Shown here: positions 44,053-54,800 of the stretch, piece by piece | How positions within the stretch are numbered: position 1 is the stretch's first letter | Layout: each line of letters begins with the position of its first letter | Virus record (IMG/VR): IMGVR_UViG_3300049846_000568 | Span: 32,001-96,000 of that record | From: a virus | DNA: 64,000 nucleotides | Reading direction: 5' to 3' (one strand) | The notes under the pieces: model-generated | Told to the model about the DNA's origin: nothing | The model's input: the letters and a program-made list of their open reading frames with translations, nothing else | The model's database searches: none | Position numbers and translations under genes: made by a program

Positions 44053-46568
44053 TATAGATTCCTCTTTGCGTCAGCCTTCTTTGTCTTGGCCTTAATCTGG
44101 TAATAGTCAACACGGGGGGTAGCGTATTCCGTGCTATTACATCTTAGCACGACTCTGACACGCACGTCGCTAGGCTGGAACTGATAGAACACTCTAAATG
44201 GGCTTGAAACGATTTTGTTGAACATCAGATTCTTGCCAGAATGGATAAACTGGTAGTTTGCGTTACCGGAATCCAGAACCGCTTGTGTACCGTCCTTATA
44301 GTTTGTCAAGTTGTATGCTACAGTGCCATCCTCAAACCTGACAACGATTGGGCTATAGCCGCTTAATCCTGTGGTGGAGCTGTATGTAGCCGCATCCACT
44401 TGCGTGTAATCGATGTATGGGCTGTGCTTAAGCGCCACAATAAGTTGGTTACCAGAATCTTCATAGCCTTCTCCAGCACCGTCTGCGTCAAATGAGGAGA
44501 CGAGTGGTGGAGCTTTCGATGGATCAAGTGGAGTAAACTCTAAAGTGGTAAAGTCACGTGAAGGTGTGTAGTCAACGGTGATAATGTCTGATGAACCATA
44601 ATCGTGCACCGGGATCATTAGAGCGTCGAAAGAAAGACCCTTTTGCGAATCCTTACGCCTCGCTATCTTGTTGATCTCGTACTCCTTCTTATGGTAGCCG
44701 TTGATATACACCTTGATTGGGGCGTCAATCTTAGCTGTAAACCGCAGCTTGCATAAGCCGTCAGTGTCCGGAAATAGGCGCTCGCCTACAATCTCTGTCG
44801 TATCAATCGGTAAGATGGGCATCCAGTCATCTTCACGAATGGGCTTCGATACATTGCTCACAGAATATTCAATCGACGTAATACGATCTGTATCCTTATC
44901 CGTGTCTGTGAGTTTGACGTTTGTGTAGTCAGACTTGATGCGCACCGCACCAATATCGCCGGGGGCCTCAAAACGCTTAGAAACAAAGACCGCCCTATCC
45001 CTCATTTGGGAAATGCCAACGAAGACATTCCTAATACCCAGTTTATATACGTACGGCATGGATGAGGAGCCCTCACCAACAGCCTGAGTGGCTTCTGTTG
45101 TCGGCGCCATAATTGGGTCAGTATGATCGCGAGACGTCCTAATGTTGGCCGTTGACCCAGCACCTGCGGCCTTAACCATCTGCTGTGTGTTGAGAATGTT
45201 TGCCCAAATCACCTCTGAATTAGAGATATCTTTAAGCACGTCGTTCATTAGGGTTGTAGCCCAGTCTACGTTCTTCCATGCCTTAACGTTGTCCTGATAA
45301 GACGAACGATCGAGCGCCGATTGCCTGAACGAGAAAGAACCCCAATTCTTCCTGTAATCTGAACGAGGAAGACTTGTTGCGAAGGGAGAATTCTTGCGAC
45401 CAAGCTTATTCTTGTCCTCAAGATACATAAGCATGCGTTGATCCCACCAACCCCTAGAGGACTTTGATCCAGTCAATGGCTTGATTTGCGAAGCTCGTGC
45501 CTTATCGTCCGGAACGGTGTTCTTGCTGATCAGCTCATCAAAGATGATCTTATTCTGCGCCTCTGCTGCGTATGCGCGATCCAATACGCGCCTATATGTG
45601 GGCTGGCGAACATAAAGCCGGAATCGCGATACAACCGAAGTCTTGAAGTTTACGTTTGTGGGTCCGGTGATATTGGTTGGCTGATCCCATACTTTCTCAT
45701 ACGTTGAGTCGTCACTATCCTTGTATGTGCGAACCTCACTTAGCATCAAACCCCAGTCGGAGAATGGCACTACGGTAATGGTGTCAATTGGAATCGGAGA
45801 TGCGAGCGTGAATTCAAGTATAAACTGAGCCCCGTTGATATCTCCGGTAGAGTTCTCTTCGTACCCCTCCATTTGACCGCGAATAAGGGCTTGGCTCTTT
45901 ACTGATACCTTCCAACCGTTGTCTACGCGTGGTTGCACAATGTTTTTTAGTGACGCAAAGTCCGCCGACGATAGCATTGAAGTGATGTTTGACTTAAGTA
46001 GAGTCACATTGGCGATTGGTAAATGCCTGTAATTAGAACTCGACATATCGAGTACGCCCGTATTTACATCAATATTGGCGAAATCATCAACCTCGAATAC
46101 CTTACCGTTCCTGTCGGGAATGCGGTTCATCTCAATTTCACGGCCGCGCTCATCGCTGAATGGTTCCAAGAATGCGTAGTCGTATGCGCCATTATCAGAG
46201 ATCAGAAACGCATAGTTCTGTACAGCCTTCTCAAGGGCGGCAAGTTCATCCTCAAGTGCCTTAATGTCTGCGGACAACACATCCACATAGTTGTCTAATA
46301 GAAGCGAGATTGCGTTGGAGCGACCAAAGATATCGCTTACGAGCAGGTCCATCTCCCTGAATCTTTCGGTTATAGATGAACCAGATACGATGTCAGTACT
46401 CTTTACTGGGGCGAGTTGCAGTTTTCCAAGTGCAATGTTCTTGTCCAGCTTCTCCTTAATGGCAGCAAACTGTTCCTTCTCAATTTTGGCATTGGACAAC
46501 ATGAATGTAGCCTTGCGGGCCCCTTCTGGGGATAGGCTTCTCACAAAGTCGTCAAGGAAATACCTCAA
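44052..46568 (-). CDS. tail/baseplate structural protein (838 aa)
   Basis: Position; shared terminal motifs. Confidence 0.7.
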   Translation of the reverse strand: MRYFLDDFVRSLSPEGARKATFMLSNAKIEKEQFAAIKEKLDKNIALGKLQLAPVKSTDIVSGSSITERFREMDLLVSDIFGRSNAISLLLDNYVDVLSADIKALEDELAALEKAVQNYAFLISDNGAYDYAFLEPFSDERGREIEMNRIPDRNGKVFEVDDFANIDVNTGVLDMSSSNYRHLPIANVTLLKSNITSMLSSADFASLKNIVQPRVDNGWKVSVKSQALIRGQMEGYEENSTGDINGAQFILEFTLASPIPIDTITVVPFSDWGLMLSEVRTYKDSDDSTYEKVWDQPTNITGPTNVNFKTSVVSRFRLYVRQPTYRRVLDRAYAAEAQNKIIFDELISKNTVPDDKARASQIKPLTGSKSSRGWWDQRMLMYLEDKNKLGRKNSPFATSLPRSDYRKNWGSFSFRQSALDRSSYQDNVKAWKNVDWATTLMNDVLKDISNSEVIWANILNTQQMVKAAGAGSTANIRTSRDHTDPIMAPTTEATQAVGEGSSSMPYVYKLGIRNVFVGISQMRDRAVFVSKRFEAPGDIGAVRIKSDYTNVKLTDTDKDTDRITSIEYSVSNVSKPIREDDWMPILPIDTTEIVGERLFPDTDGLCKLRFTAKIDAPIKVYINGYHKKEYEINKIARRKDSQKGLSFDALMIPVHDYGSSDIITVDYTPSRDFTTLEFTPLDPSKAPPLVSSFDADGAGEGYEDSGNQLIVALKHSPYIDYTQVDAATYSSTTGLSGYSPIVVRFEDGTVAYNLTNYKDGTQAVLDSGNANYQFIHSGKNLMFNKIVSSPFRVFYQFQPSDVRVRVVLRCNSTEYATPRVDYYQIKAKTKKADAKRNL

Positions 46569-49500
46569 TTACCACTCCTTGCCTTCAAGGTCTTCAATCC
46601 TGAACTGAACACCGACAGTAATGTTGCGTCGAATGGTGTCAATGACATCCTGCTTGTTGGGGAACTGATCCTTGAGTTCCGCGGGTAGGCGGATAAGGAT
46701 GAAGCCGCCCTTCTGGTATGTCATACCAGTTGCATTAGTAACGTCCCAATAGGCGTTACTTTCCGAAATCAACTGCTCTATCTCCTGCAGTGTTGCGGTG
46801 TCCTTTGCGCCACCACCCCTACGCCTCGTGTCGAGCATGACGAGATCGTTGATGTCTAAAGTAGAGGTGATATAAACCACAGCAAGTTGAACTGCTAGCG
46901 GATTGTAATCTGGGTCCAGCCTATTGAAGATAGATGGGTCAAGGGTCCAGCTAAGTGTTGTAGTACGAACCGAATCCGAGATAATCCTGTTTTCTTCATC
47001 CTTAACGAACTGTGGCAATGCGTAGACATAGATGGGCTTACCTACTAGGTCCCTATTGTGTCCCGGATACGGGTTTAGATTAAGCTGATTGCCGTCTGCG
47101 TATGTCAAGTAGTAGTTAAGTCTCGCGGTTGTGTAATCGACCTTAACGAGTGCAGGGTCGGTTGAATCTAGTGGGCTCACCAGTTCGATCTCACCAGTAG
47201 AGATGTTATAGTCTGCAATATCTTCCCAAGTCAAGGCTGTCCAGCTATCGTTGATGGATGCTCTCGTTGAGACCGTGAAGACGGGGCGTCGCGGATCCGC
47301 TGCCGTCCCATAAGAAGACACCACCGTAGGGACGGTCACCATATGTATTGGGGCTTGACGAACCTGAATCTTTGTGTCCGTTACGATAACGGGGGATTCA
47401 TCTTTTACGTCGATAAATGGGCGACCATAGATAATTGACCAAGATCCAGACTTAGCCTCCGGTACAGCATAGAATGCCTTCACGATGGTTCCGGCGTAGC
47501 CCTCAAGCCACGCATTTGTTGTTGGCAAATCATTAACGGCAGGGACTGCTATTGGCCGAATGAACGATCCAGTCTTAACTGGAAGACCCCACATATCGTG
47601 TGGCCCAAGATTGGCCGAAAGTGGCTCCACCTTGATTTGGGACCCTGGACTTGTGCAGATGCCGTAGACAGGCATTGCCAACCTATAGGGGAGCAGCGGG
47701 CCGCCATCTGCTGGAAGGTCCGCTTTCTTGTCCACCTCGTAGTCTGTAATAGCTGCAACAAAAACGTTTTCTGGACCCCTTGAGATCCATTCTAGGTAAG
47801 TCATCTCTGGTTTACCTTCTTGACTCAGGATGAACTCCTGATTCTTGATATCATAGAACCCAACCATAACCTCTGGATCCACATCAAGAGCAGAAAGAGA
47901 AATGGTTGCGTAATGACGCTGCGCCTCTCGTGGACCTACGGCGGTAGGCATCTCTGGGAATCCAAATGGTTTTCCACTGGCATTGCAGAACAACTTCAAA
48001 CCATCTACCTTGGTAATCCAACCACTTTCTTTGACGGGGTTAATACGCCCATGCTCGTCCTTGGAGTAGTACGTGTAACCCGCTACTCGATATACGTCGG
48101 CTGTTGGTGTAGTTGATACTGCTGGGTTTGACGTTGTCCTACCAATATACGGACCCGACTTATAGTTGGTGCCGCTTTGATTGTGTACACGTAGATTACG
48201 CAGCGTCAAAATACCGCTATGACTAATCGAGGCGACGATGTCGCTTGGTAAGTTTGTGGTAACGTTAGACCAATTGACGTTACTTAGTGTTCCGTTGCCC
48301 GTGTAGTTTGGCGTCAACGCAATAACCACGTCCCTACCGGTTGTTACTACGGCTGAACCACTGCGCTCTAAAGCGATGTTAGTCTGTGAATAGTATGACT
48401 GGTCTGTGTGGATTTGAATATCAGATACACCAAACTGCAGAATACGGCCAATACCAGTTGGAGTATCCTGCCCAAGACGAACCATTACAGTATCACCGTA
48501 AACGGGATTGAATGGCACGAAATAGGGCTCCCCATGCGCCACCCTTGCGTTAACCGGTACATTGACGTAGCCTGTTGGGAAATTCGCCAACCCACTACCC
48601 ACAAAACCGTTATAGCCCGGGAGGTTAGATGCCGTATGCACGCTGAGGGCTTCGAAAAGCATGCTCCCACCAAGAGACCCTTGAGCGCCTTCGACATGAG
48701 GGATGAGGGTTACGCCCCAGATTTTGGCGCTTCTGTTAAGAGATATCTGAATGATGTCCCAAATGTAGTTTGGCGTATTTGCGCCACCATAGTTGGATCG
48801 CTTCGACCAGGTGAATGTTGAGTTTCCGTCAGAAATACCGGAACGGCTCATCTGAAACAGGGGACTCTGGAAGAAAGTTGTATTTGGACTGGCAAGCGCG
48901 TTGTCTGGGATAGCGTCTGGGTAAACCCAATCTTCAATATAGGACCCGAACGCTCCATAATAGTCACTCTGTAGACGTAGGATCTGACTACCCATCATCG
49001 AGAGCATCTCGGCGTCTAGCGCGCCGTCTTGTTCAAGTGCGCCAAACGTAGACTGAAATCTAAGAACCGCATCGTGCGTTACGTTGCCCCAGTAACCATC
49101 TGTTGGCACATATGGGCCCGACATATAACCCCAGAAGATAAAGTAGTTAAGAGCGGTCTGCATCCAATAGACCACCTTACCCCAATCTCCTCGATTTAGC
49201 CTGAAGAAGGCTGCGTAGCTAGGGTAGTTATGGTTTGAGTGTGCGTTGTAGTAGTTCGCTGCAGCGAATGTATCAATTCCGTATGGATGCCTTACGCCAA
49301 AGTCGAATGGCATGTAGCTTGTAAAGGTTGTGCCAGAACCACTGCTAGCCCAAGTTTCGGTACGCCTATCTACAATATTGATTGTTTCGACGGCCGTTCC
49401 AGTGGCGGTCCATGTAACCGTTTTGGTGTCTAAGTCCTGTGCGGTGTCAGCATACTTTACGTCAACGCGCATACCATATGGTTTGGGTGGGTATGTTCTT

Positions 49501-51857
49501 GATATATACTGTCCGTTTACGTAGTTACCCGGAGTCAGGCGCTCCCTAACAACATGTGGACCAATCTCTCTCGGCACTGTAAACTTGGGCGTATATTCCT
49601 CGGTCCAAACATACGGTGGCTCATTCTCGTCAAGCTCGGCCGAATCTACATGCTCTACGCTAGAGTTTGTAACCTCAATAGAGTAGACGCGGCTTGAGTT
49701 CACGACCTTACGCAAATCCTCTTCACTCATACTCTCTTCAATAAGCTGCTTAACAGTCTTGGCTACGGTCTTACCGTTGTCTCCGGGTACCTCTAGCCTA
49801 CGCTGCCATACAACTGTTGGATCTGATCGGCTCTTAATACGCTCAACAAACTGATTACGTTCAATCTCACTCTGAGAGAGGATATCGTTAGCGCCATCTG
49901 CGGTGTTGTTGTTGATAACCCAGGATGGACGCCATGGAGATGAGAACGACCAACTACTGCTTAGCGTAAACTCATCACTATCATCAAGGGCACGGCCCTT
50001 CATAGCGTATAGGCAGATGTTGTACAGGAGCTTGTATGCGCCCTCTTGCGCCCAGGCACTCGCCATTTCAGCATAATCCTCTGGGGTACCGGCGTCGTAC
50101 GCTGTATCACCAAGGTTTAAACTAACGAGCTGCCCAGTAGTTGGATGTGCCAAATAGTTTGTGGCGATATCGACGGTGTCAATAATGACCGAACCACCGG
50201 AACTGAATTCCCGACGAATCATTACAGGCTTGTATGTGGTGTCTGCGGAGCTTCTAGCCTTCAGAATTGTCTCGTAGTATGTTGGATTGCTGTAGATGTA
50301 GTGAGATGCCCTATCTCCATTGCTGGACCAAACGGCCATCACATTAACTAGCGCCGGATGAAGAGAATTGTACTCGTCACCAGAGCCATCATTGAAGTCC
50401 CAACCGCCAAGCTGTGTGTCGGCATCGAAAAAGATGTCTGTCGTATTCGAAACAGTAAGTGTGCCAAGAGCCGCATAGTCGTCATTTGCCCCAGGGTAAT
50501 TGACAATAGATCCGTCATATGGGTCTACGAAGCTTGTAAAAGTGCAGCCCAAACCCTGTGGAAGTGAACGTGTTCCGCACTCGATAATGAGAGTGCCGCC
50601 AAGCTGACGCGTAAAGTAATCAATCTTATTTAGGTAGGGTGTGAAATCAAACTCATATGTCTCAGGATGCCAGACAAGGATGTCGAACTCCTGCAGTTGC
50701 GACATGGTGATTGTGTCGAAGTTGACATTCCAATATGTTGCGCTTGTCTTTTCGATTGCACCAGATGGGTTTGCTTTGTTGAGCTTCTCTGTAACTGGAT
50801 TGATGAACTGTAAATTGCCGGCGTTGTAATCACTGACACTCATGTTGTAGAAGACGTACGGAGCAATGGCTCTAGTTCCAGCGGTCCAATTTGGGTTTGT
50901 CCAGTTTGTGCTAACGGTACCGCAGCGAATAACCTGCTTTGATCTTGTAGGGTCGATTCTAACCTTCTCGGTAAAATCGCACGTTACGCGCCACCTAAAG
51001 AGCTGGAACAATCTAGGATCGTTAACCGCTTTCTTGGGCACATATACCTTGTAGCCATCGGCGGCGGCCGTCTTGATGCCAAGGAGTTGCTCTTTTTGAT
51101 TGGTCGGCTTTGTACTGTAAATTCGCTTGAATCTATTGGCCGGGTCGAAGACATCGCTCTCTTCTGGCACATACTGGTAGTAGTGTAGCGGATTTAGTAC
51201 TTCTCTATGATTGATGTTCTGGTTCTTAAACTGCCCATTTGTATCAATCTCTACCTTATTGTACTGAAGGTATAAATTCTCAGCCGTATCCGTATCAACG
51301 TAGGCGTAGACCCTGTAGGCGGTCTGGGCTTCTTCTGCCTCTTCAACCGCTCTCGCCACAGCGATTCTATACTTTGGCTTACCAGTCTCGTCTGTGTATT
51401 CCTTGCCGTTGTTGTCAACAACCTTTACGTTAGGAATGGTGAGAGGGTGGACCGTATCAAAAGACGAGTAACCCTTAATGTCTATGTGGAAGTACCGGCT
51501 TACGTGCACGTAGGGAAGGATTGACTCAGCCGTGTATTCGTTACCGGGACGAAGTTCAAAATCCTCATTGATACTGAACACATCAGCGACGGATGGATAT
51601 TCGTCAAAGATGGCCTGATTACCAAACTCATCCTGCAGAATACCGAGTTCGTCTGCGTACATGAGCTTACATGCGCCAAGCGTACCAGTTGTGTTTTCGG
51701 GCGTAATATTCGATGTATCGATGATGATCAGATTGTTCTCCGGGTTAAGAGCGGGGGCCTTAACCCAAGACAGATTTACATCACCATCAGGAACACGGAC
51801 ACCCCTACGAATGGCCTTTTCGTTACCCGCAGTAGATTGGTTGCGAAATCTGTCCAT
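46569..51857 (-). CDS. large tail/baseplate protein (1762 aa) with internal peptidoglycan-binding domain
   Basis: LNRGDWG..V..MQTAL...DGYWG..T..AV..FQ...DG PG_binding_1 signature; DTRRRGGG. Confidence 0.75.
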   Translation of the reverse strand: MDRFRNQSTAGNEKAIRRGVRVPDGDVNLSWVKAPALNPENNLIIIDTSNITPENTTGTLGACKLMYADELGILQDEFGNQAIFDEYPSVADVFSINEDFELRPGNEYTAESILPYVHVSRYFHIDIKGYSSFDTVHPLTIPNVKVVDNNGKEYTDETGKPKYRIAVARAVEEAEEAQTAYRVYAYVDTDTAENLYLQYNKVEIDTNGQFKNQNINHREVLNPLHYYQYVPEESDVFDPANRFKRIYSTKPTNQKEQLLGIKTAAADGYKVYVPKKAVNDPRLFQLFRWRVTCDFTEKVRIDPTRSKQVIRCGTVSTNWTNPNWTAGTRAIAPYVFYNMSVSDYNAGNLQFINPVTEKLNKANPSGAIEKTSATYWNVNFDTITMSQLQEFDILVWHPETYEFDFTPYLNKIDYFTRQLGGTLIIECGTRSLPQGLGCTFTSFVDPYDGSIVNYPGANDDYAALGTLTVSNTTDIFFDADTQLGGWDFNDGSGDEYNSLHPALVNVMAVWSSNGDRASHYIYSNPTYYETILKARSSADTTYKPVMIRREFSSGGSVIIDTVDIATNYLAHPTTGQLVSLNLGDTAYDAGTPEDYAEMASAWAQEGAYKLLYNICLYAMKGRALDDSDEFTLSSSWSFSSPWRPSWVINNNTADGANDILSQSEIERNQFVERIKSRSDPTVVWQRRLEVPGDNGKTVAKTVKQLIEESMSEEDLRKVVNSSRVYSIEVTNSSVEHVDSAELDENEPPYVWTEEYTPKFTVPREIGPHVVRERLTPGNYVNGQYISRTYPPKPYGMRVDVKYADTAQDLDTKTVTWTATGTAVETINIVDRRTETWASSGSGTTFTSYMPFDFGVRHPYGIDTFAAANYYNAHSNHNYPSYAAFFRLNRGDWGKVVYWMQTALNYFIFWGYMSGPYVPTDGYWGNVTHDAVLRFQSTFGALEQDGALDAEMLSMMGSQILRLQSDYYGAFGSYIEDWVYPDAIPDNALASPNTTFFQSPLFQMSRSGISDGNSTFTWSKRSNYGGANTPNYIWDIIQISLNRSAKIWGVTLIPHVEGAQGSLGGSMLFEALSVHTASNLPGYNGFVGSGLANFPTGYVNVPVNARVAHGEPYFVPFNPVYGDTVMVRLGQDTPTGIGRILQFGVSDIQIHTDQSYYSQTNIALERSGSAVVTTGRDVVIALTPNYTGNGTLSNVNWSNVTTNLPSDIVASISHSGILTLRNLRVHNQSGTNYKSGPYIGRTTSNPAVSTTPTADVYRVAGYTYYSKDEHGRINPVKESGWITKVDGLKLFCNASGKPFGFPEMPTAVGPREAQRHYATISLSALDVDPEVMVGFYDIKNQEFILSQEGKPEMTYLEWISRGPENVFVAAITDYEVDKKADLPADGGPLLPYRLAMPVYGICTSPGSQIKVEPLSANLGPHDMWGLPVKTGSFIRPIAVPAVNDLPTTNAWLEGYAGTIVKAFYAVPEAKSGSWSIIYGRPFIDVKDESPVIVTDTKIQVRQAPIHMVTVPTVVSSYGTAADPRRPVFTVSTRASINDSWTALTWEDIADYNISTGEIELVSPLDSTDPALVKVDYTTARLNYYLTYADGNQLNLNPYPGHNRDLVGKPIYVYALPQFVKDEENRIISDSVRTTTLSWTLDPSIFNRLDPDYNPLAVQLAVVYITSTLDINDLVMLDTRRRGGGAKDTATLQEIEQLISESNAYWDVTNATGMTYQKGGFILIRLPAELKDQFPNKQDVIDTIRRNITVGVQFRIEDLEGKEW

Positions 51858-51860
51858 GTA

Positions 51861-54800
51861 CTAAAACTCCCTATAATCGGGGCGTGCTTCTGTTAGGTCG
51901 TTCACTGATGTGGGCGTTCTCAATGGTCCCAGTGCGCCGAGCTGATACTGGCGATATCTATCGACCGCATACCAATCAGATGGGTTAACTTCCCATGTTA
52001 CTGGTGTCGCTGGCGCGAGTGGTGTAGCCTCATCGTAGAAGGTTGGCCAAGCGTAGGTACCGTTGGGGGCCAAATCTGGAATGGTCTCTGTTCTCTCACT
52101 GAACTGAACGGCGTTGCGGGGTAGACCATTAAGGTTTTCGACTCCATGAATCGAATCGATATACTCAACCCAGAACACAACATCGCCAGTCAAGCTCCAG
52201 TCTGGTGTTGCCGGGTCATTCCAGCCACCCGGAGTGGCGCCATACCCATCAATACTGCCATAAGCCCTGACATTGTCTATAGTAATCCCATCATCGGTTA
52301 TAGCAAACCCGTGATCAGAAGCCGATACATTTCCTGCTTGCACCGTCCAAGAATCCACCAATACACCATTGATATACCACTCTATTGACGTGCCCTCAAA
52401 CACTGCCCTAACAGTATCCCCGTCCGCATATGGGACTCCTGTATCGTTAAATACAACCGGACCGCCACCGTCTACCTCGAATACTTGCCAGTTGGCACCG
52501 TATCCACTAGCTACACCAATACCGAGATACTGATTGGAATTCAGGTAACGGACATACATGAGATCGCCGCTACCGCCTACAGTACCGCCAGAGAATGTCC
52601 AAGTTGATTCTACCGAACCATCAGCCTCACAGGTGGCAAATGCCTGACCTCCACCCGATGCTGGGAAGGTCTCCACCTTGTTGTTGTACACCCTAAAAAT
52701 TGAGGGACCAAAACCACTCCACGGTCCACCAAGCTCGGCGTTGTGGTTCTGGAGATCTTTATTGTTGATGTCGGTGAAAGTATCAATCAAAACGGGAGAA
52801 TGATACGACATGTTTGGTGATGCTGTCTCACTCTCTAGGGCCACCATCCAATAACCTGGAGACCATGGCGTAGCGGCCATAAATGGTCCTACGTTGAAGA
52901 CACCGTTTTCATCGGCCACAACTCGACCAGCCTCATTGTCCCAACCGGGAGACGCCGCGGCAGTTTCGTACTGGGTCGTCCAAACATCCTTCATATAGCG
53001 GCCCTTACGCCAATAAACTACGGCATAAGGTACTGGTGTATGTGAATCATCTTCAACTCGACCATATAGCTCAACACTAGAATTGCCGTCAGCGGGAATC
53101 TGCTGAACATTTGGCACTGCTGCAAGTGTATAGGTTGGCGTCGCCTTTGGAGTAATGTGGTAGTTCACAGTTGCCGACGCATCACCCGATACTGTCACCA
53201 TACCGGAGAGGTCCGTGTTTGTGCTGGCCGATAGAAGCTTAACCACAGCAAAACCGTCATCATTTGTTGTTACGGTTGTATAATCAAGCGTACCAAATGT
53301 GGTGCCGAGATTGAATGTGGCGTTGGGCTTTGGATTGCCATGAATATCTAACGACAGAAGCGTAACTATCAAGTAGTCTTGACCATCAGCGATAATGCTT
53401 GATGGGCTAATCCTTACCTCAACCTTATCCAAATCATACTCATTGTGGGAGATATAGATAAAGCCCTCATCAAGTACTGTATAGAAGGTGCTCAACGGAA
53501 GCTGGACCGGTGTAGCTGGATCGAACTTTGAGATCTCGTAGTTAATCGAAACCTCAGCGGGCAGTTCCTGATCAAACACCAATCGAGTCTTATTTTGGTT
53601 ATCTACATCCACATATTCGTGATCTGCGTAGAACGAGCGACTGACCTTGTAAGTCAACTCATATTCATGATCAACGTTTGTATTGTCTGATGTAGTAATT
53701 GCGTTAGTTTCCGTAAAGGTGGCTGCTGCTACTGTTTCGCCAGTATTAAGGTTGGTTACTGATATGTCGTAAATATCTTCATAAGCAGCATATAGGACCG
53801 TTGAACCTGTACCATAGACCGTTTGAGTGGTGTATTGGGTAAATCCTGGTGTCGCCTCGTCCCAAAAGGCGACCTGCCTATACTCCCTAGGTGTCAGCTC
53901 GTTTGTCTTAACGATGATTGGGGCACCCTGGCGAGCAACCCTTGAAAGGATCTTCGCGTCTGATGTAATTGTCGCTGTCTCTTCGGATGGCGTAGCATAG
54001 AAGTAGTATTCGTCGTTACGATCGTAGAACCACCCAGAATGAACCTGCGGATACCACTGCTCTGGGATATTTGGGTTCAATCTTGCGCGAACCACAAATG
54101 GTCCATACGAATATACGCCCCCATCTAGTGTTTCATCTACGGCGTTAGCGGGGTACGTAACTGCGGTGCCGTCATCGAATGATGGTTGCACTGTGTTAGA
54201 GTCGAGCCATACAATTACCCGACCATTGTCAATTGACTCCACGCCAATCCAAGTTACAACGTAATCTTCCGTATTTGGAATGCCGAAGTCATCCCTACTA
54301 ACCGTCATCGTCTCTAGATTATAGTTTGAGTTCCCTGGTTGTGGAGCAATTCCATTACGCCATGGGCCATTCTCGTCAACGACACCACTAAAGGTGTTTA
54401 GGCAGTCATACTCAAATAGCTCCCAGTACGGGCAGTTGGCTACGGGGTAAAGAGCACCAACTGGTGTGGCGTTTTCGTCAACAGCCTCAAACACAAACTC
54501 TGCAGTATCTGCCGTAAATGTCTTTTGTCCGTTAGTCCAAGTCGAAGACCCATTACAACGAACATACTCTGCGGGGATGAACAGGCCTGAACCGTCTACA
54601 TCTGTTGTGTAGCCACCATAGCTATTGTTATCGTCTGCGTCTGTTGTAACAATCTGAACCTTATAGGTACGGAGTCCGGTCTCGTATGGGTGCCAAATTA
54701 TTGCTGGTACAGGAATGGTAAAGCTTTGTAGTCCTTGGTCCGGAAGTGCCCCATTGATAGATACGGTATAGCGGTGCTTATCTGAGACCCACGTATCAGT

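Noticed and set aside
34826-46568. ATP tripeptides at the ends of the 418-aa and 838-aa proteins as further sequons
   Set aside because: They belong to the shared C-terminal xTPx(L/V) structural motif, where paralogues have VTP or STP
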